A stretch of DNA of 64,000 nt from an uncultured Pseudomonadales bacterium. GTDB lineage: Bacteria > Pseudomonadota > Gammaproteobacteria > Pseudomonadales > JAHEIH01. Positions 1-10,377 of this stretch are shown here, piece after piece (position 1 is the stretch's first letter; each line of letters opens with the position of its first letter). The stretch spans positions 100,337 to 164,336 of the forward strand of contig CAZRAM010000004.1 of assembly GCA_964598145.1 (NCBI GenBank), read 5' to 3'. The position numbers and the translations under genes were made by a program. The notes beneath the pieces were generated by a model, which saw nothing but the letters and a program-made list of their open reading frames with translations, was not told the DNA's origin and did not search any database.

Positions 1-751
1 CCGCTAATTCAAATTGACGCGCCAGGCGCGCCAAATCTCGCTGTTCATCGCCACGCTGCTGGCAAAAAGCGATCTCCATCGCCTCGCCACCCGCGGCGGA
101 AAATTCCGCCAACAAATCGCACAATTTAGTGCGCGTCATTTTGTACTTGTGCGGGTGTGCCAACACCGCCACGCCGCCGGCGCCTTTAATCCAATCAACC
201 GCCTCTGCCACGGTTGGCCACATGACCTTAACGTCGCCGATCTTGCCGGAGCCAAGCCATTTATTAAACGCTTCGTCAAAGTCCTTAACAACCCCCGCGT
301 TGATCAAGGCCTGGGCAAAATGCGGCCGACCTATAGCGGTGGGCGACGAGGCCATTTCAAGTGCCGCTTGATAGACATCTGGCAAGCCTTTCTTACACAG
401 GCGTTCAGCTATGGTTTTCGCCCTCACCCCGCGCGCCGCGGCCTGCTGTTGCTCGGCGGCGACGAAGGCGTCGCTATCCACATCCATACCGAGCCCGACA
501 AGGTGAATATTTAAGCCGCGCCACAAGGTCGAAAACTCCACACCAGACAACAGAGTCAGGCCGCTAAAATCTGCCGCGCGCGATGCCAAGATCTCCCTTG
601 CCTGCCGATAACCTGCGGCATTGTCGTGGTCGGTGATCGCCAACAAATCGATGCCACGGTCGACCGCCAACTCCAACAGCGCCTCTGGTGACAGCCGCCC
701 ATCAGATGCGGTGGTATGACAATGTAGGTCGACGTTATCAAATGGCGTCAA
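1..751 (-). CDS. trpH: PHP-domain phosphoesterase, TrpH/YciV (RNase AM) family; 3' end runs off the left edge of the window
   Basis: Not in the ORF track. I read the minus frame by hand. It is open from TTG at 751-749 (in-frame TAA at 754-752 just upstream) down to position 2 with no stop. Translation begins LTPFDNVDLHCHTTASDGRLSPEALLELAVDRGIDLLAITDHDN, the His-rich PHP N-terminal motif. The plus-strand track ORFs 14..514, 129..371 and 361..567 are its antisense shadows. Confidence 0.8.
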   Translation of the reverse strand, partial: MTPFDNVDLHCHTTASDGRLSPEALLELAVDRGIDLLAITDHDNAAGYRQAREILASRAADFSGLTLLSGVEFSTLWRGLNIHLVGLGMDVDSDAFVAAEQQQAAARGVRAKTIAERLCKKGLPDVYQAALEMASSPTAIGRPHFAQALINAGVVKDFDEAFNKWLGSGKIGDVKVMWPTVAEAVDWIKGAGGVAVLAHPHKYKMTRTKLCDLLAEFSAAGGEAMEIAFCQQRGDEQRDLARLARQFELA

Positions 752-842
752 TTACGCTCAACTCCTTATTCCGCATAGCACTGTTGGGCCTATCGGGGTA
801 TCATACACACCCATGACAATAGCCTCGTAACAACACGGTACC

Positions 843-1433
843 ATGCAACAAATTCTTGAATTTATTCCGATCGTCCTTTTCTTCGTCACCTACCAAATGT
901 CGGGACAAACCGTCAGTGTGGGTGAGTGGCAATACACCCTAGATGGCATTTTTAGCGCCACTTTAGTGCTGATGTTAGCCACAACACTACAGCTGCTGTT
1001 CGCCAAGCTGACAACAGGCCATATTGAAAAACGTTTGTTTTGGACATGGCTAGCGGTGGTTGTTTTCGGCACGCTGACGGTATCTTTGCGCGATCAGAGT
1101 TTCATCCAGTGGAAGCCTACCATATTCAACTGGGCTCTGGCATTGGTTTTTCTCGCCAGCCACTGGGTCGGAGAGAAAAATTTACTTGAGCGCACCCTAG
1201 GTTCACAAATGGTTTTACCTAAGCCACTTTGGACTCGACTAAGCTACGTGTGGGTCGCTAACTTCAGCGTGGTTGGCACCCTTAACATATGGGTTGCTAA
1301 AACCTATAGCGAAGCGACCTGGGTGAGCTATAAACTTTATTCATCAATAGGATTCACGTTGGCGATGATGGTCGTCACGGTGATCATGATAGCGCCCCAC
1401 CTAAAAGAAAACGAAGGCAGTGAAAGCCTGTAA
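843..1433 (+). CDS. yciB: intracellular septation protein A (YciB/IspZ family inner-membrane protein)
   Basis: 196-aa polytopic membrane protein. [18 protein letters not shown] and [22 protein letters not shown]...[14 protein letters not shown] are colinear with E. coli YciB as I recall it. It is followed by yciI. Confidence 0.9.
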   Translation: MQQILEFIPIVLFFVTYQMSGQTVSVGEWQYTLDGIFSATLVLMLATTLQLLFAKLTTGHIEKRLFWTWLAVVVFGTLTVSLRDQSFIQWKPTIFNWALALVFLASHWVGEKNLLERTLGSQMVLPKPLWTRLSYVWVANFSVVGTLNIWVAKTYSEATWVSYKLYSSIGFTLAMMVVTVIMIAPHLKENEGSESL

Positions 1434-1443
1434 GGACACCAGC

Positions 1444-1743
1444 ATGTACTATGTGATTTTTGCACAAGATAAGCCCGGCACCCTCGATCAACGTATGGCC
1501 GCGCGTCCCGAGCATTTAGCGCGACTCACAGCGCTTGCCGACGCTGGCCGCCTTCTCGTTGCCGGCCCAATGCCTGCGATCGATAGCGAAGACCCCGGCA
1601 GCGAAGGCTTTACCGGCAGTACAGTCATTGCTGAATTTGCCAGTCTGAGCGACGCCCGTGCGTGGGCCGATGCCGACCCCTATATCGAAGCTGGCGTCTA
1701 CCAGCAGGTTACCGTCAAACCCTTTAAAAAAGTTCTCCCGTAA
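1444..1743 (+). CDS. yciI: YciI family protein
   Basis: Track ORF 1420..1743 trimmed to ATG 1444 ([10 protein letters not shown]...). [39 protein letters not shown] and [21 protein letters not shown] closely parallel E. coli YciI as recalled. Confidence 0.9.
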   Translation: MYYVIFAQDKPGTLDQRMAARPEHLARLTALADAGRLLVAGPMPAIDSEDPGSEGFTGSTVIAEFASLSDARAWADADPYIEAGVYQQVTVKPFKKVLP

Positions 1744-1755
1744 AAGGATCCAAGG

Positions 1756-2415
1756 ATGCGATACCTCTCTTTATTCGTGCTAGCACTCTCTTTCTCCATG
1801 GTGTTGAGCGCTGAAACACGCTACGTGTCAGATGTACTTCAAATACAATTGCGCAGCGGCCCTGGCACACAGTACAGAATCATCAAGTCGCTGCAAACAG
1901 GGACGGCTCTCAACGTCACCGACACGCCGGCAGAAAACGGTTACGTACAGGTTACCATCGACGGGCAAACCGGTTGGGTGGCAAGCCAATACCTTATGCG
2001 CGAACCCAGCGCGCGCATTCAACTTGGCAAAGTGCAACAAGAGTTAGCAAACCTCAAAGCTAACGCCTCACCCACTCAGCAACGCCTGCTTGAATTAGAA
2101 AATGAAAATCGCCAACTCCTGACGGACAAGGAAGAATTACAGGCCGCACTAGACATTAGCAACAACGAGTTAGAACGTATTAAAAGTGTGTCTGGCAAGG
2201 CGATAGAGTTGGATGAAAGCAACGCTAAATTGCGCCTAGAAAACTCAAACCTGATTAATGAGCTCGACATCTTGCGTATAGAAAATACGCGCTTGCTAGA
2301 GCAAAATAACCGCGACTTTATGCTGTACGGGGCCTTTGCCGTATTGCTTGGTGTCATTATTGCCCTGATCGTTCCCCACCTGACGGCCAAGAAAAAGCAT
2401 TCGGAGTGGTTTTAA
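1756..2415 (+). CDS. SH3-domain membrane protein (signal peptide, SH3b-like domain, coiled coil, C-terminal TM helix)
   Basis: N-terminal signal peptide; SH3b-like GYVQVTIDGQTGWVASQYL; long heptad-like stretch (LELENENRQLLTDKEELQAAL...); C-terminal hydrophobic helix then KKKHSEWF. AAGGA ribosome-binding site upstream. Confidence 0.75.
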   Translation: MRYLSLFVLALSFSMVLSAETRYVSDVLQIQLRSGPGTQYRIIKSLQTGTALNVTDTPAENGYVQVTIDGQTGWVASQYLMREPSARIQLGKVQQELANLKANASPTQQRLLELENENRQLLTDKEELQAALDISNNELERIKSVSGKAIELDESNAKLRLENSNLINELDILRIENTRLLEQNNRDFMLYGAFAVLLGVIIALIVPHLTAKKKHSEWF

Positions 2416-2981
2416 TGCGCTGGTTGCTTGCCCTTTGTTTGACGAGTCAGCTGCTGCTCAATAGCCATGCCGTGGCGCAGGACAACCGCGCACCGCAAGT
2501 ACGCATCGACACTAACATGGGTAGCTTTACCCTCGAACTCTATCACGAGGCATCGCCAGTGACGGTCGCCAACTTTTTGCGCTACGTTGAGGAAGGCTTT
2601 TACGACAACACGATATTCCACCGCATCATCCGTCGCTTTGTGGTGCAAGGTGGCGGCTTTACCCCCGACATGGTCAAGAAAGAGACCCACGATCCTATCG
2701 TCAACGAATCGAAAAATCGCTTGTACAACGAGCGCTTCACCGTCGCCATGGCTCGCACCGATGATCCCGACAGCGCCACAAGCCAGTTTTACATCAACTT
2801 GCGCATGAATAGCTCGCTCGATTACCGCATGGGCAAGTTAGGTTACACCGTATTTGGCACCGTCATAGATGGCCAAGAGGTGGTATACGACATGAGCTTT
2901 GTTGAAACGGGCGTTGTCGCAGGCATGGAAGACGTTCCGGTAAAACCGGTCATTTTGATTAAGGCAGAGCGAATTCGTTAA
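2415..2981 (+). CDS. ppiA: periplasmic peptidyl-prolyl cis-trans isomerase, cyclophilin type
   Basis: [15 protein letters not shown] cyclophilin signature and a signal peptide ending HAVAQ. The track start 2406 is a GTG. ATG 2415 has GGAG 9 nt upstream and overlaps the upstream stop (TAATG). Confidence 0.85.
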   Translation: MRWLLALCLTSQLLLNSHAVAQDNRAPQVRIDTNMGSFTLELYHEASPVTVANFLRYVEEGFYDNTIFHRIIRRFVVQGGGFTPDMVKKETHDPIVNESKNRLYNERFTVAMARTDDPDSATSQFYINLRMNSSLDYRMGKLGYTVFGTVIDGQEVVYDMSFVETGVVAGMEDVPVKPVILIKAERIR

Positions 2982-3775
2982 TGAATACTCCACACCCTCG
3001 AACCGCACTAAGCGTCAACCTAAATAAAATCGCCCTCATTCGCAACTCGCGAGTCACGGCCATACCCGACGTCGTCGCATTCGCCCAAGTGTGCATAGAT
3101 GCCGGCGCCGATGGTATTACTGTTCACCCGCGCCCCGATCAACGCCATATACGCGCCAGCGACTGTCTAGATTTGGCGCAGGCCATTGCGGTGGAATTCA
3201 ATATTGAGGGCAACCCCTTCGCACCTGCGCAAAAAAGCAAATACGACCACGTGGGCGACTACCCCGGCTTTATGGAGTTGGTGGAGATGTGCCGCCCCGC
3301 GCAGTGCACCCTAGTACCGGATGGCGACGCTCAACTGACCTCGGACCACGGTTTTGACCTTCACCGCGACGGCGATCGCTTGGCGCCCATTATTGAGCAA
3401 TTGCACGCTGTCGGTAGCCGCGTCAGCTTATTCATGGATCCCATCCCCGAGCAAATGGCGTTGGCCAAAGCTATCGGCGCAGATCGCATCGAATGGTACA
3501 CCGGGCCATACGCCGAAGCGCACGCCGAGGGCGACAACTGGCAGGACGCTTGGCAACGCTATAACGAGGCCACTGCCGCGGCGATTGACGCAGGATTGGG
3601 CGTTAACGCCGGCCACGACCTCAACCTACACAACTTAGAGGACTTCTTGGCTATCGAAGGTATTTTAGAGGTATCGATTGGTCACGCCTTGACCGTTGAC
3701 GCGCTTACCATGGGTATGGGACCAGCCGTCGCTGCCTATCAACAGTGTATCGCCCGCGCCTTTGCCAATAACTAA
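2981..3775 (+). CDS. pdxJ: pyridoxine 5'-phosphate synthase
   Basis: [43 protein letters not shown] and EVSIGHAL are colinear with PdxJ motifs. The ATG overlaps the ppiA stop by 1 nt. Confidence 0.9.
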   Translation: MNTPHPRTALSVNLNKIALIRNSRVTAIPDVVAFAQVCIDAGADGITVHPRPDQRHIRASDCLDLAQAIAVEFNIEGNPFAPAQKSKYDHVGDYPGFMELVEMCRPAQCTLVPDGDAQLTSDHGFDLHRDGDRLAPIIEQLHAVGSRVSLFMDPIPEQMALAKAIGADRIEWYTGPYAEAHAEGDNWQDAWQRYNEATAAAIDAGLGVNAGHDLNLHNLEDFLAIEGILEVSIGHALTVDALTMGMGPAVAAYQQCIARAFANN

Positions 3776-4464
3776 GGCAGAACTAAACGGAAAATGCCGC
3801 CACCGTTGGGGCCATTGAGTAATTCGATGCGCCCTACTACACCGGCATTGGTATGTAGCGCAGCAATATGATTGGAAAAAAACAATCCCAAATTGGTGCT
3901 GCCCGATTTAAAACTCACGCCGCGTTGATAGTCTTGGTTTTCATCGATCATCCCCACCGGGAATCCGGGGCCGTCGTCGCGCACTTCGATGACCACGCCA
4001 TCGTCCTGTAGATCAGCCCATAGACTAATCACACTTTTGGTGTACTTGGCGGCATTGACGATGGCGTTATTTAAAACGCCTGCAATCAACTCCGCGTCAA
4101 AGTAGGCGACCACATCGTCCGCCACATCAATATCCAAGGCGACATCAAAGGCCTGCAGTAGCACCGCGTGCCGCAACTGCTGATCCTCAAAAAACTCAGG
4201 CACGTAGACTTCATCAACATTGGCTTGCAGCTGTTTATTCTGCAAGCGATACAGACTGAGCAGATAGATGAGATCGTTGTTGATACGGCTCGCTTCGCCG
4301 CGCAGTAGCGAGAAGTAACCGCGCAACTCCTGCGAACTTTCACCAGAGGCTGAATCCATCTGATCCAAGGTGGAAAGCAACATACCTAGAGAATTTTTCA
4401 TATCGTGTGCCGCCGAAGCCAGCAGCATTGAAAAATCGATATTGTTGCTGTCGGGAGACGCCAT
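3772..4464 (-). CDS. soluble core histidine kinase (DHp + HATPase only, no sensor or TM region)
   Basis: H-box [15 protein letters not shown]-box [12 protein letters not shown]1 DDGPGF, G2 GSTNLGL. The 230-aa protein has no hydrophobic segment. It starts 4 nt after the upstream response-regulator stop. Confidence 0.8.
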   Translation of the reverse strand: MASPDSNNIDFSMLLASAAHDMKNSLGMLLSTLDQMDSASGESSQELRGYFSLLRGEASRINNDLIYLLSLYRLQNKQLQANVDEVYVPEFFEDQQLRHAVLLQAFDVALDIDVADDVVAYFDAELIAGVLNNAIVNAAKYTKSVISLWADLQDDGVVIEVRDDGPGFPVGMIDENQDYQRGVSFKSGSTNLGLFFSNHIAALHTNAGVVGRIELLNGPNGGGIFRLVLP

Positions 4465-4468
4465 GGCC

Positions 4469-6091
4469 TTACAGTGACTGCTTCAACGTTTGATAGAGCT
4501 TGAAGAATTCACTACTAGCAGGCAGTTCGCCCAGTGAGTCCAGCAATTCACGGCAGTATTGGGTCGTTTCTGCGTTACGCCCAGCCTGCTGCATTCTTTG
4601 CACTTGGGCGAGCACTAGGTTGAGCTTCAAACCGATATTGTTCGGGTACAAATCCAGTGCCCGGGTAAACAACTCCACCGCCGCATCGAAGTTTTTTTCC
4701 TGCAACAACGCCTTACCCTCACGGTTAAGTTTGATCGCTGCAGCTTTGCCAAGCTGAGACAAGGGCTCGGACGAGGCGCGATCAATTTTCTTACCGAGCA
4801 CTTCGTCATCTGGATAATCCGCCGCTAGCGCCTTGAGAATTTCCTGGGCTCGCTCCTGCTCGCCATTGGCAACCAACAAATTAGCAAACTCGAGGCGCGA
4901 CTCAGGACCTATCGATGCCCCCATCTGGCCTTCAAGCAAGGCATAATCTGATTCCACTTTGGCCATAAGGGCTTTGGCTTCTGCCTCGTTGCCGGTCAAC
5001 TTATTGGCTGTACTCGATGCCATATCCACCCGCATACTCACCAGCGGATCTTTAAATTTTTGCTTAACCTTGCTGAGGACTCGCTGCGACTCTTTAAAAC
5101 GATCGGTATTCTCTGGGCCTTGTATCGCCATCACCTTATTCACGCTGTTGGCGTAGTCGAGATACATGTTGGGCCCTTCATGCATAGAGTGCTCCGACGA
5201 TTTCATAGCATTCTTATGGGCAGATTCCGCGGCGAGCAGGTCGTTATTTTCCTCTGCCACATTGGCGAGTTGTTTTTGTCGTTTCACCGAGCGGGGCGAC
5301 ACCGACACCGCGTGTTCGATTACCGCTTGGACACCTCGATTGTCACCCCTTTTAGCCGCAATAGCCGCCATGGTGTCGTAGGCCTCCATGTGAGGAGTGT
5401 TTTGCGCCATCATCGGCGCCAGTATCTCACTGGCCTGATCGTACTCTTCTAATTCATAGTGGCAGCGCGCCTTACCCAACTTAGCCCAGTCCAACTCGCG
5501 CACGGATAGCACCTGGTCAAACACTCCTTTCGCTTTGAGGTATTTACCATTGCGCATATAGAAATCACCTAACATCTTCATATAGGTGGTGCGACGTTTG
5601 GCATCGGTTTGAATACCCGCAATGCACAACTCGATCGCCAATTCGATATTGCCCGCCTCTTCCGCCATGAGCACGTTAGCAATAGCTTGCTTCTCGGCCA
5701 CGATACGCTGCAAACGTTGCAATAATTCGGCTTGATTGAAGGGTTTATTTAGATAGGCGTCGGGGGAGAATTCAAGGGCACCAAACACGAAGTCCTTGGT
5801 GGCTTCGGCGGTAATCATAATGTACGCACAGGTCGATTTTAGCAGTTTGCGATGGCGCAGCTCTTCGAGCAATTGCTGGCCGTTCTTGCCAGCGCCTAAA
5901 TTAAAATCGGCAAAAATAACGTCGTATTTTTGCTTGCTACACGCCAACAACGCCTTCTCACCGTTGTAAACAATATCAATAGATTCTGCGCCGGCGCTGT
6001 TTAAGATCCTTTCGATCTGCTTACACATGGCCGGGAAATCATCGATGATGAGAAACTTTAGATTTTTGTAAGGGCTTTCTCGCGACGCCAT
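4469..6091 (-). CDS. response regulator: receiver domain fused to about 400 aa of TPR-like helical repeats
   Basis: The N-terminus has REC hallmarks (IIDDFPAMC..., DVIFADFNLG, ITAEA..., LNKPF). The rest is helical repeats rich in A/L/Y/K typical of TPR. I recognise no HTH or enzymatic output domain. Confidence 0.8.
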   Translation of the reverse strand: MASRESPYKNLKFLIIDDFPAMCKQIERILNSAGAESIDIVYNGEKALLACSKQKYDVIFADFNLGAGKNGQQLLEELRHRKLLKSTCAYIMITAEATKDFVFGALEFSPDAYLNKPFNQAELLQRLQRIVAEKQAIANVLMAEEAGNIELAIELCIAGIQTDAKRRTTYMKMLGDFYMRNGKYLKAKGVFDQVLSVRELDWAKLGKARCHYELEEYDQASEILAPMMAQNTPHMEAYDTMAAIAAKRGDNRGVQAVIEHAVSVSPRSVKRQKQLANVAEENNDLLAAESAHKNAMKSSEHSMHEGPNMYLDYANSVNKVMAIQGPENTDRFKESQRVLSKVKQKFKDPLVSMRVDMASSTANKLTGNEAEAKALMAKVESDYALLEGQMGASIGPESRLEFANLLVANGEQERAQEILKALAADYPDDEVLGKKIDRASSEPLSQLGKAAAIKLNREGKALLQEKNFDAAVELFTRALDLYPNNIGLKLNLVLAQVQRMQQAGRNAETTQYCRELLDSLGELPASSEFFKLYQTLKQSL

Positions 6092-6104
6092 TGATCCCTC
6101 AAAC

Positions 6105-6131
6105 GTGTCTATTTTTTTGAATTATAGACAC
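6105..6131. promoter_or_regulatory. perfect 8-bp inverted repeat GTGTCTAT-N11-ATAGACAC between the slp stop and the REC-TPR start
   Basis: Read directly. On the minus strand it contains TATAAT (forward ATTATA at 6121-6126) about 30 nt upstream of the ATG at 6091, with a GAGGGA ribosome-binding site. It could be an operator/promoter or a weak slp terminator (no U-tract). Confidence 0.3.
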
Positions 6132-6132
6132 A

Positions 6133-6690
6133 TTATTCGGTTTCGTTATCCTTTATTACAATTACCCGAGTACCGATGCCTCGATGATAGGGTGAATAGT
6201 GCCAAGGCCAGTCCCAATAAAGGCTGGGGCGAATTTGCCAACCCGTACGCTGCACTTTGTCGGACCACAACTTGTGATTTTCTTGCGCTACATCAATCAC
6301 TGGGTAGCGATAATCGAATTCACCGACCTTTTGATTAATCGCGCCACTCAGTTCACCGACCGCCGTGATGGCCTTGCCTTCGCTGTAATCGACCGGCTCG
6401 ACAAAACCAGACAGCTTGATAAAGAAGCGCCCTTCCGAGGCCTTGTCGGTGGGTCGACCGCTACTACTCAAGGGGCGTTGCAAAACCTCGATCCAACTCT
6501 CATCGGGCTGGTTGCGAACGGCAATAATCTCGCCGCCCCAGCGCACACGCTGCCCAGCGAATTGTTCATCCTCACTAGCCATCACCGCTGCGATATCGGG
6601 CGAGCCTTCTAGGGGCGTATTAAACACCGTGGGCGCCGTGCTGCACGCAGCCAAACCCAACACAACCGACAAGACGACCAAACGCCACAT
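6133..6690 (-). CDS. slp: Slp family outer-membrane lipoprotein
   Basis: Track ORF 6133..6864 overlaps trpS, so I trimmed it to the internal ATG at 6690 (MWRLVVLSVVLGLAAC, lipobox LAAC). VRWGGEIIAV and the overall size fit the Slp family. Confidence 0.75.
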   Translation of the reverse strand: MWRLVVLSVVLGLAACSTAPTVFNTPLEGSPDIAAVMASEDEQFAGQRVRWGGEIIAVRNQPDESWIEVLQRPLSSSGRPTDKASEGRFFIKLSGFVEPVDYSEGKAITAVGELSGAINQKVGEFDYRYPVIDVAQENHKLWSDKVQRTGWQIRPSLYWDWPWHYSPYHRGIGTRVIVIKDNETE

Positions 6691-6706
6691 ACAACCTCCC
6701 ATTGTT

Positions 6707-7711
6707 TTACAGCGGACGGATACCCACCGCGGCACGCACCTTCGCCATAGTTTCGGCGGCGCTTTCACGGGCCCGCTGGGCACCTTTTTGCAACTCATCT
6801 TCAATATACGACATATCGGCCAACAGTGCGTTGTAACGCTCGCGCGCTGGCGCCAACTCATCATTGATCAATTCAAAAAGTTCCTTTTTCGCCTGCCCCC
6901 AAGCTATGCCCTTGGCGAACTGATCGCGCATGTAGGCGACTTGCTCTGGTGTGGCGAAGGCCTCCCAGAATTGAAACACCACCGCATCATTGGGGTCTTT
7001 GGGGTCGCCGGGCTCCAATAAATTGGTCTTAATTTTATTGATCGACTTCTGCAGCTTCTTCGGGGTATCGAACAAGGGAATGGTATTACCGTAGCTCTTA
7101 CTCATCTTGCGTCCATCCAGACCTGCTAACACCGACACATCGTCATCTACCACCGCCTCAGGCAGCGTAAAGACTTCGCCAAAATGGTGATTGAAACGCT
7201 GAGCAATATCGCGCGCCATCTCGACGTGCTGAATTTGGTCCTTACCGACGGGAACTTTGTGGGCGTTAAACATTAGAATGTCGGCTGCCATCAACACGGG
7301 ATAGCTATAAAGCCCCATGGTCACACCGTAGTCAGGGTCTTCACCCGCCTCTTCGTTGGCTTGCACGGCCGCCTTGTAGGCGTGCGCGCGGTTCATCAAG
7401 CCCTTGGCCGTCAGGCAAGTCAGAATCCACATCAACTCAGGGATCTGGGGCACATCGCTCTGGCGGTAAAAATAGGTCTTAGACGTGTCCAAACCCAGCG
7501 CCAGCCAGGTGGCGGCAATTTCTCGCGTCGACTGATGAACATGGGCGGGATCGTGGCACTTAATCAGCGCGTGGTAATCCGCCAAAAAGAGATAACTGTC
7601 GACGGCGTCACCATTACTGGCAGCGATAGCGGGGCGAATGGCACCGACATAGTTACCGAGGTGTGGAGTACCGGTGGTGGTAATACCGGTGAGAACGCGT
7701 TGTTTTTGCAT
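6707..7711 (-). CDS. trpS: tryptophan--tRNA ligase
   Basis: Class I signatures TGTPHLGNY (HIGH-type) and KMSKS. 334 aa. Confidence 0.95.
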   Translation of the reverse strand: MQKQRVLTGITTTGTPHLGNYVGAIRPAIAASNGDAVDSYLFLADYHALIKCHDPAHVHQSTREIAATWLALGLDTSKTYFYRQSDVPQIPELMWILTCLTAKGLMNRAHAYKAAVQANEEAGEDPDYGVTMGLYSYPVLMAADILMFNAHKVPVGKDQIQHVEMARDIAQRFNHHFGEVFTLPEAVVDDDVSVLAGLDGRKMSKSYGNTIPLFDTPKKLQKSINKIKTNLLEPGDPKDPNDAVVFQFWEAFATPEQVAYMRDQFAKGIAWGQAKKELFELINDELAPARERYNALLADMSYIEDELQKGAQRARESAAETMAKVRAAVGIRPL

Positions 7712-7720
7712 TGGGGTTCC

Positions 7721-9019
7721 TTAGGCTAGGCGCGGCTCGTTAAAGAAGTGACAGAGCACGCGGTAAAGGGAGTGAGCATCATCGCTACCCGCCGTCTCGC
7801 GGATGGAGTGCATGGCGAAGGTTGGCACGCCAATATCAATCGTGTGTACGCCAATTTCACTCGCGGTAATGGGACCAATTGTACTGCCACAGCCCATGTC
7901 GTTGCGCACCACAAAACTTTGCACGGGTACGTCACTAGCTTCACACCAGTGTTTAAACAATGAAGACGTAAATCCATTGGTGGCGTAGCGCTGGTTGCTA
8001 TTGAGTTTGATCACAGGACCGCGGTTTAAAATGGGGCCGTGATTGCCGTCGTGTTTGGCCACGTAGTTGGGGTGCACACCGTGGGCGTTATCCGCCGACA
8101 CCATCACCGAACGCTGAATCATGCGGTCACGCTGGATGGCATCGGGCACAATGCGCTGCAAGAAGGACGCTAGCATGGGACCATTGGCGCCACACATCGA
8201 CGACGATCCCACTTCTTCGTGGTCATTCATTACGATCAGCTGTGACTGGCGGCTATCCGCATCGATGAGGGTACGCAAAGATACGTAACAACTGAGCAGG
8301 TTATCAAGACGCGCCGAGGCGATGAAGGCGTCGTTGAGGCCCACCATCGCCGGAGGATTAACGTCGTAGAAACACAGCTCGTAGTCCAACACAACCGCCA
8401 CATCGAGCCCCGGGTACTGGCTAGCCAACTGTGCGCTAATAAGCTCGCGAATAGTCGGCGACTTTTCACCTTCGCCAATGTGCAATACGGGATTAACTTC
8501 GGTTTGCGAATTCACCGCGCGGCCGCTGTTGGCTTCTCGGTCGAGGTGAATAGCGAGGCTTGGAATAATGGCAATGGGGCGGCGAAAATCGATCAACACA
8601 CGCTGCATATTGCCCTGGCTATCGCGGAAGAAAACGCGTCCCGCTAGCGACAAATCGCGGTCGAACCACGGGTGTAACAAAACCCCGCCGTAGATTTCTA
8701 CACCAAGCTGTTGATAACCCTGCGATTGCAGATCAGGCTTTGGCTTTACCTTCAGACAAGGGCTGTCGGTATGGGCGCCTACCATGCGAACACCCGCTTC
8801 CACGGGTGACTGTTCGCCGTGAATGAAGGCGATCAGAGACGAGTCGTTGCGCGTGGTGAAATACTTGCCACCCGCCTCAAGCTGCCAATCATCGCCCTCA
8901 TGCAGCGCAGTAAAACCGGCAGCGAGAAGCATCTGCGACGCTGATGTCACCGCGTGAAACGGCGTGGGAGACGCACTGAGAAAATCTAACAATCCACGAT
9001 TAAATGTCTGCTTATCCAT
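7721..9019 (-). CDS. apeB: M18 family aminopeptidase
   Basis: The N-terminus [15 protein letters not shown]...[13 protein letters not shown] parallels Pseudomonas ApeB as recalled. 432 aa, with the conserved [10 protein letters not shown] region. Confidence 0.85.
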   Translation of the reverse strand: MDKQTFNRGLLDFLSASPTPFHAVTSASQMLLAAGFTALHEGDDWQLEAGGKYFTTRNDSSLIAFIHGEQSPVEAGVRMVGAHTDSPCLKVKPKPDLQSQGYQQLGVEIYGGVLLHPWFDRDLSLAGRVFFRDSQGNMQRVLIDFRRPIAIIPSLAIHLDREANSGRAVNSQTEVNPVLHIGEGEKSPTIRELISAQLASQYPGLDVAVVLDYELCFYDVNPPAMVGLNDAFIASARLDNLLSCYVSLRTLIDADSRQSQLIVMNDHEEVGSSSMCGANGPMLASFLQRIVPDAIQRDRMIQRSVMVSADNAHGVHPNYVAKHDGNHGPILNRGPVIKLNSNQRYATNGFTSSLFKHWCEASDVPVQSFVVRNDMGCGSTIGPITASEIGVHTIDIGVPTFAMHSIRETAGSDDAHSLYRVLCHFFNEPRLA

Positions 9020-9187
9020 GAGTCTTTCCGACCTGATAAAAACCGTTAATTTACCACATATAAGGCGCTTTGCTGAGTAGAAATTGGGGGGATAGGGCCG
9101 CCTTTAAGTCATTTTTTGCCAAGGCTTGTGATGGCGCCCTTTCGCAGCGGCGAAAACATTACACTAGCGCTAATAAGAGGAATTACT

Positions 9188-10318
9188 ATGGCTACATTAC
9201 ATCCCGCAGCAATAACTGGCAGCGGACTTTGGCACCCCGCCAATGTCATTACCAACGCCGAACTCGTCGACGCCTACAATCGTTTCGCCGAACGCTACAA
9301 CGAACAAAACGCCGAAGCTATTGAGGCGGGCGAAGTCACCGCCAAACCTCTTTCTAACGCCGAGTTCATCGAAAAGGCCTCCGGTATCAAGCAACGCTAC
9401 GTTACCGATAAAACCGGCATATTGGATATCGACCGTATGTGCCCGCAACTACCAGAGCGCAGCGAAGACAGTCTGAGCTACCAAGCGGAAATGGCCTGCC
9501 ACGCCGCTCGAGACGCGATGGCTAACGCCGGCAAGAGCGCCAGCGACATCGACGCGGTGATTGTTTCATGTGCTTACACCGAGCGCGCCTACCCCGCCAT
9601 CGCCATTGAGGTGCAAGCCGAATTGGGCATAGAAGGGTTCGGTTTTGATATGCTAGTGGCCTGTTCGGCGGCGACCTTTGCCCTGCACCGCGCCTACGAA
9701 ATGGTCGCCACCGGAACCGCTCGCGCCGTTTTGGTGATCAACCCTGAATTGACCTCGCCACAATTAAACTACAGCGACCGCGACAGCCACTTCATTTTTG
9801 GCGATGTCGCCACCGCGATTATCGTAGAGCGCGCCGACGCGGCAACAAGCGAACATGTTTTCGATATTCTCAGCACCAAAGCGCAGACGGTTTTCTCTAA
9901 CAATATCCGCTCCGATTTTGGCTACATGTCGCGCGCGACCAGTGCCGCCCCCTTCGGCCCAGACAAACTTTTCCATCAAAATGGTCGCAAGGTATTTAAA
10001 GAAGTATGCCCCATGGCCGCGCAGCACTTGGCCGATCACGTCGCCGCCAATGGCGAGTCACCGCAGAGGGTCAAGCGCTGGTGGCTGCACCAAGCTAATA
10101 TCAACATGAATCAGTTGATTGTGCGTAAACTGCTCGACAAAGACCCCGGCGGCGAAGAAGCGCCGATTGTATTAGATGAATTCGCCAACACCGCCTCGGC
10201 AGGTTCTATCATTGCCTTCCATCGCCACCACAGTGATTTACAACGCGGTGACATGGGCGTTATCTGTTCGTTCGGCGCCGGCTACTCCATCGGTAGCTTG
10301 GTTATCCGCAAACGCTAG
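9188..10318 (+). CDS. beta-ketoacyl-ACP synthase III family protein (long FabH-like form)
   Basis: Track ORF 9116.. trimmed to ATG 9188 (AGAGGA ribosome-binding site). Thiolase-fold KAS III features: active-site region LVACSAATFAL, WWLHQANINMN, SFGAGYS. It stands alone, not in a fab cluster. Confidence 0.8.
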   Translation: MATLHPAAITGSGLWHPANVITNAELVDAYNRFAERYNEQNAEAIEAGEVTAKPLSNAEFIEKASGIKQRYVTDKTGILDIDRMCPQLPERSEDSLSYQAEMACHAARDAMANAGKSASDIDAVIVSCAYTERAYPAIAIEVQAELGIEGFGFDMLVACSAATFALHRAYEMVATGTARAVLVINPELTSPQLNYSDRDSHFIFGDVATAIIVERADAATSEHVFDILSTKAQTVFSNNIRSDFGYMSRATSAAPFGPDKLFHQNGRKVFKEVCPMAAQHLADHVAANGESPQRVKRWWLHQANINMNQLIVRKLLDKDPGGEEAPIVLDEFANTASAGSIIAFHRHHSDLQRGDMGVICSFGAGYSIGSLVIRKR

Positions 10319-10320
10319 TT

Positions 10321-10357
10321 AAAAAAAATCCCCGCGCCTAAGGGACACGGGGGTTTA
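10321..10357. terminator. weak hairpin flanked by an A-run and GTTT between the convergent KAS III and FecR-domain genes
   Basis: AAAAAAAAT-CCCCG-N13-CGGGG-GTTT read directly. The stem is short and the loop long. Confidence 0.35.
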
Positions 10358-10377
10358 TTGAGCAGTATCAAAACCTA

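Noticed and set aside
14-567. Plus-strand track ORFs 14..514, 129..371 and 361..567
   Set aside because: They are antisense shadows of the minus-strand PHP-domain gene, whose translation has clear family motifs. The plus-strand translations are Arg/Ala-rich with no motifs.
6133-6864. N-terminal extensions given by the ORF track (6133..6864, 9116.., 13595.., 19025..20077, 20084..20803, 20724..21458, 33608.., 10378..11052)
   Set aside because: The extensions overlap neighbouring genes or intergenic promoters and lack ribosome-binding sites. Internal ATGs with ribosome-binding sites give the canonical N-termini (signal peptide, GxGxxG and so on), so the internal starts were used.
6416-7021. Long antisense ORFs opposite well-supported genes (for example 6416..7021, 20229..20708, 20994..21521, 25411..25896, 27910..28416, 29167..29634, 46968..47525, 52393..52968, 60326..60805)
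   Set aside because: Each lies fully inside a gene with strong family motifs on the other strand. They lack ribosome-binding sites and recognisable motifs. Such ORFs are expected in GC-rich coding DNA.
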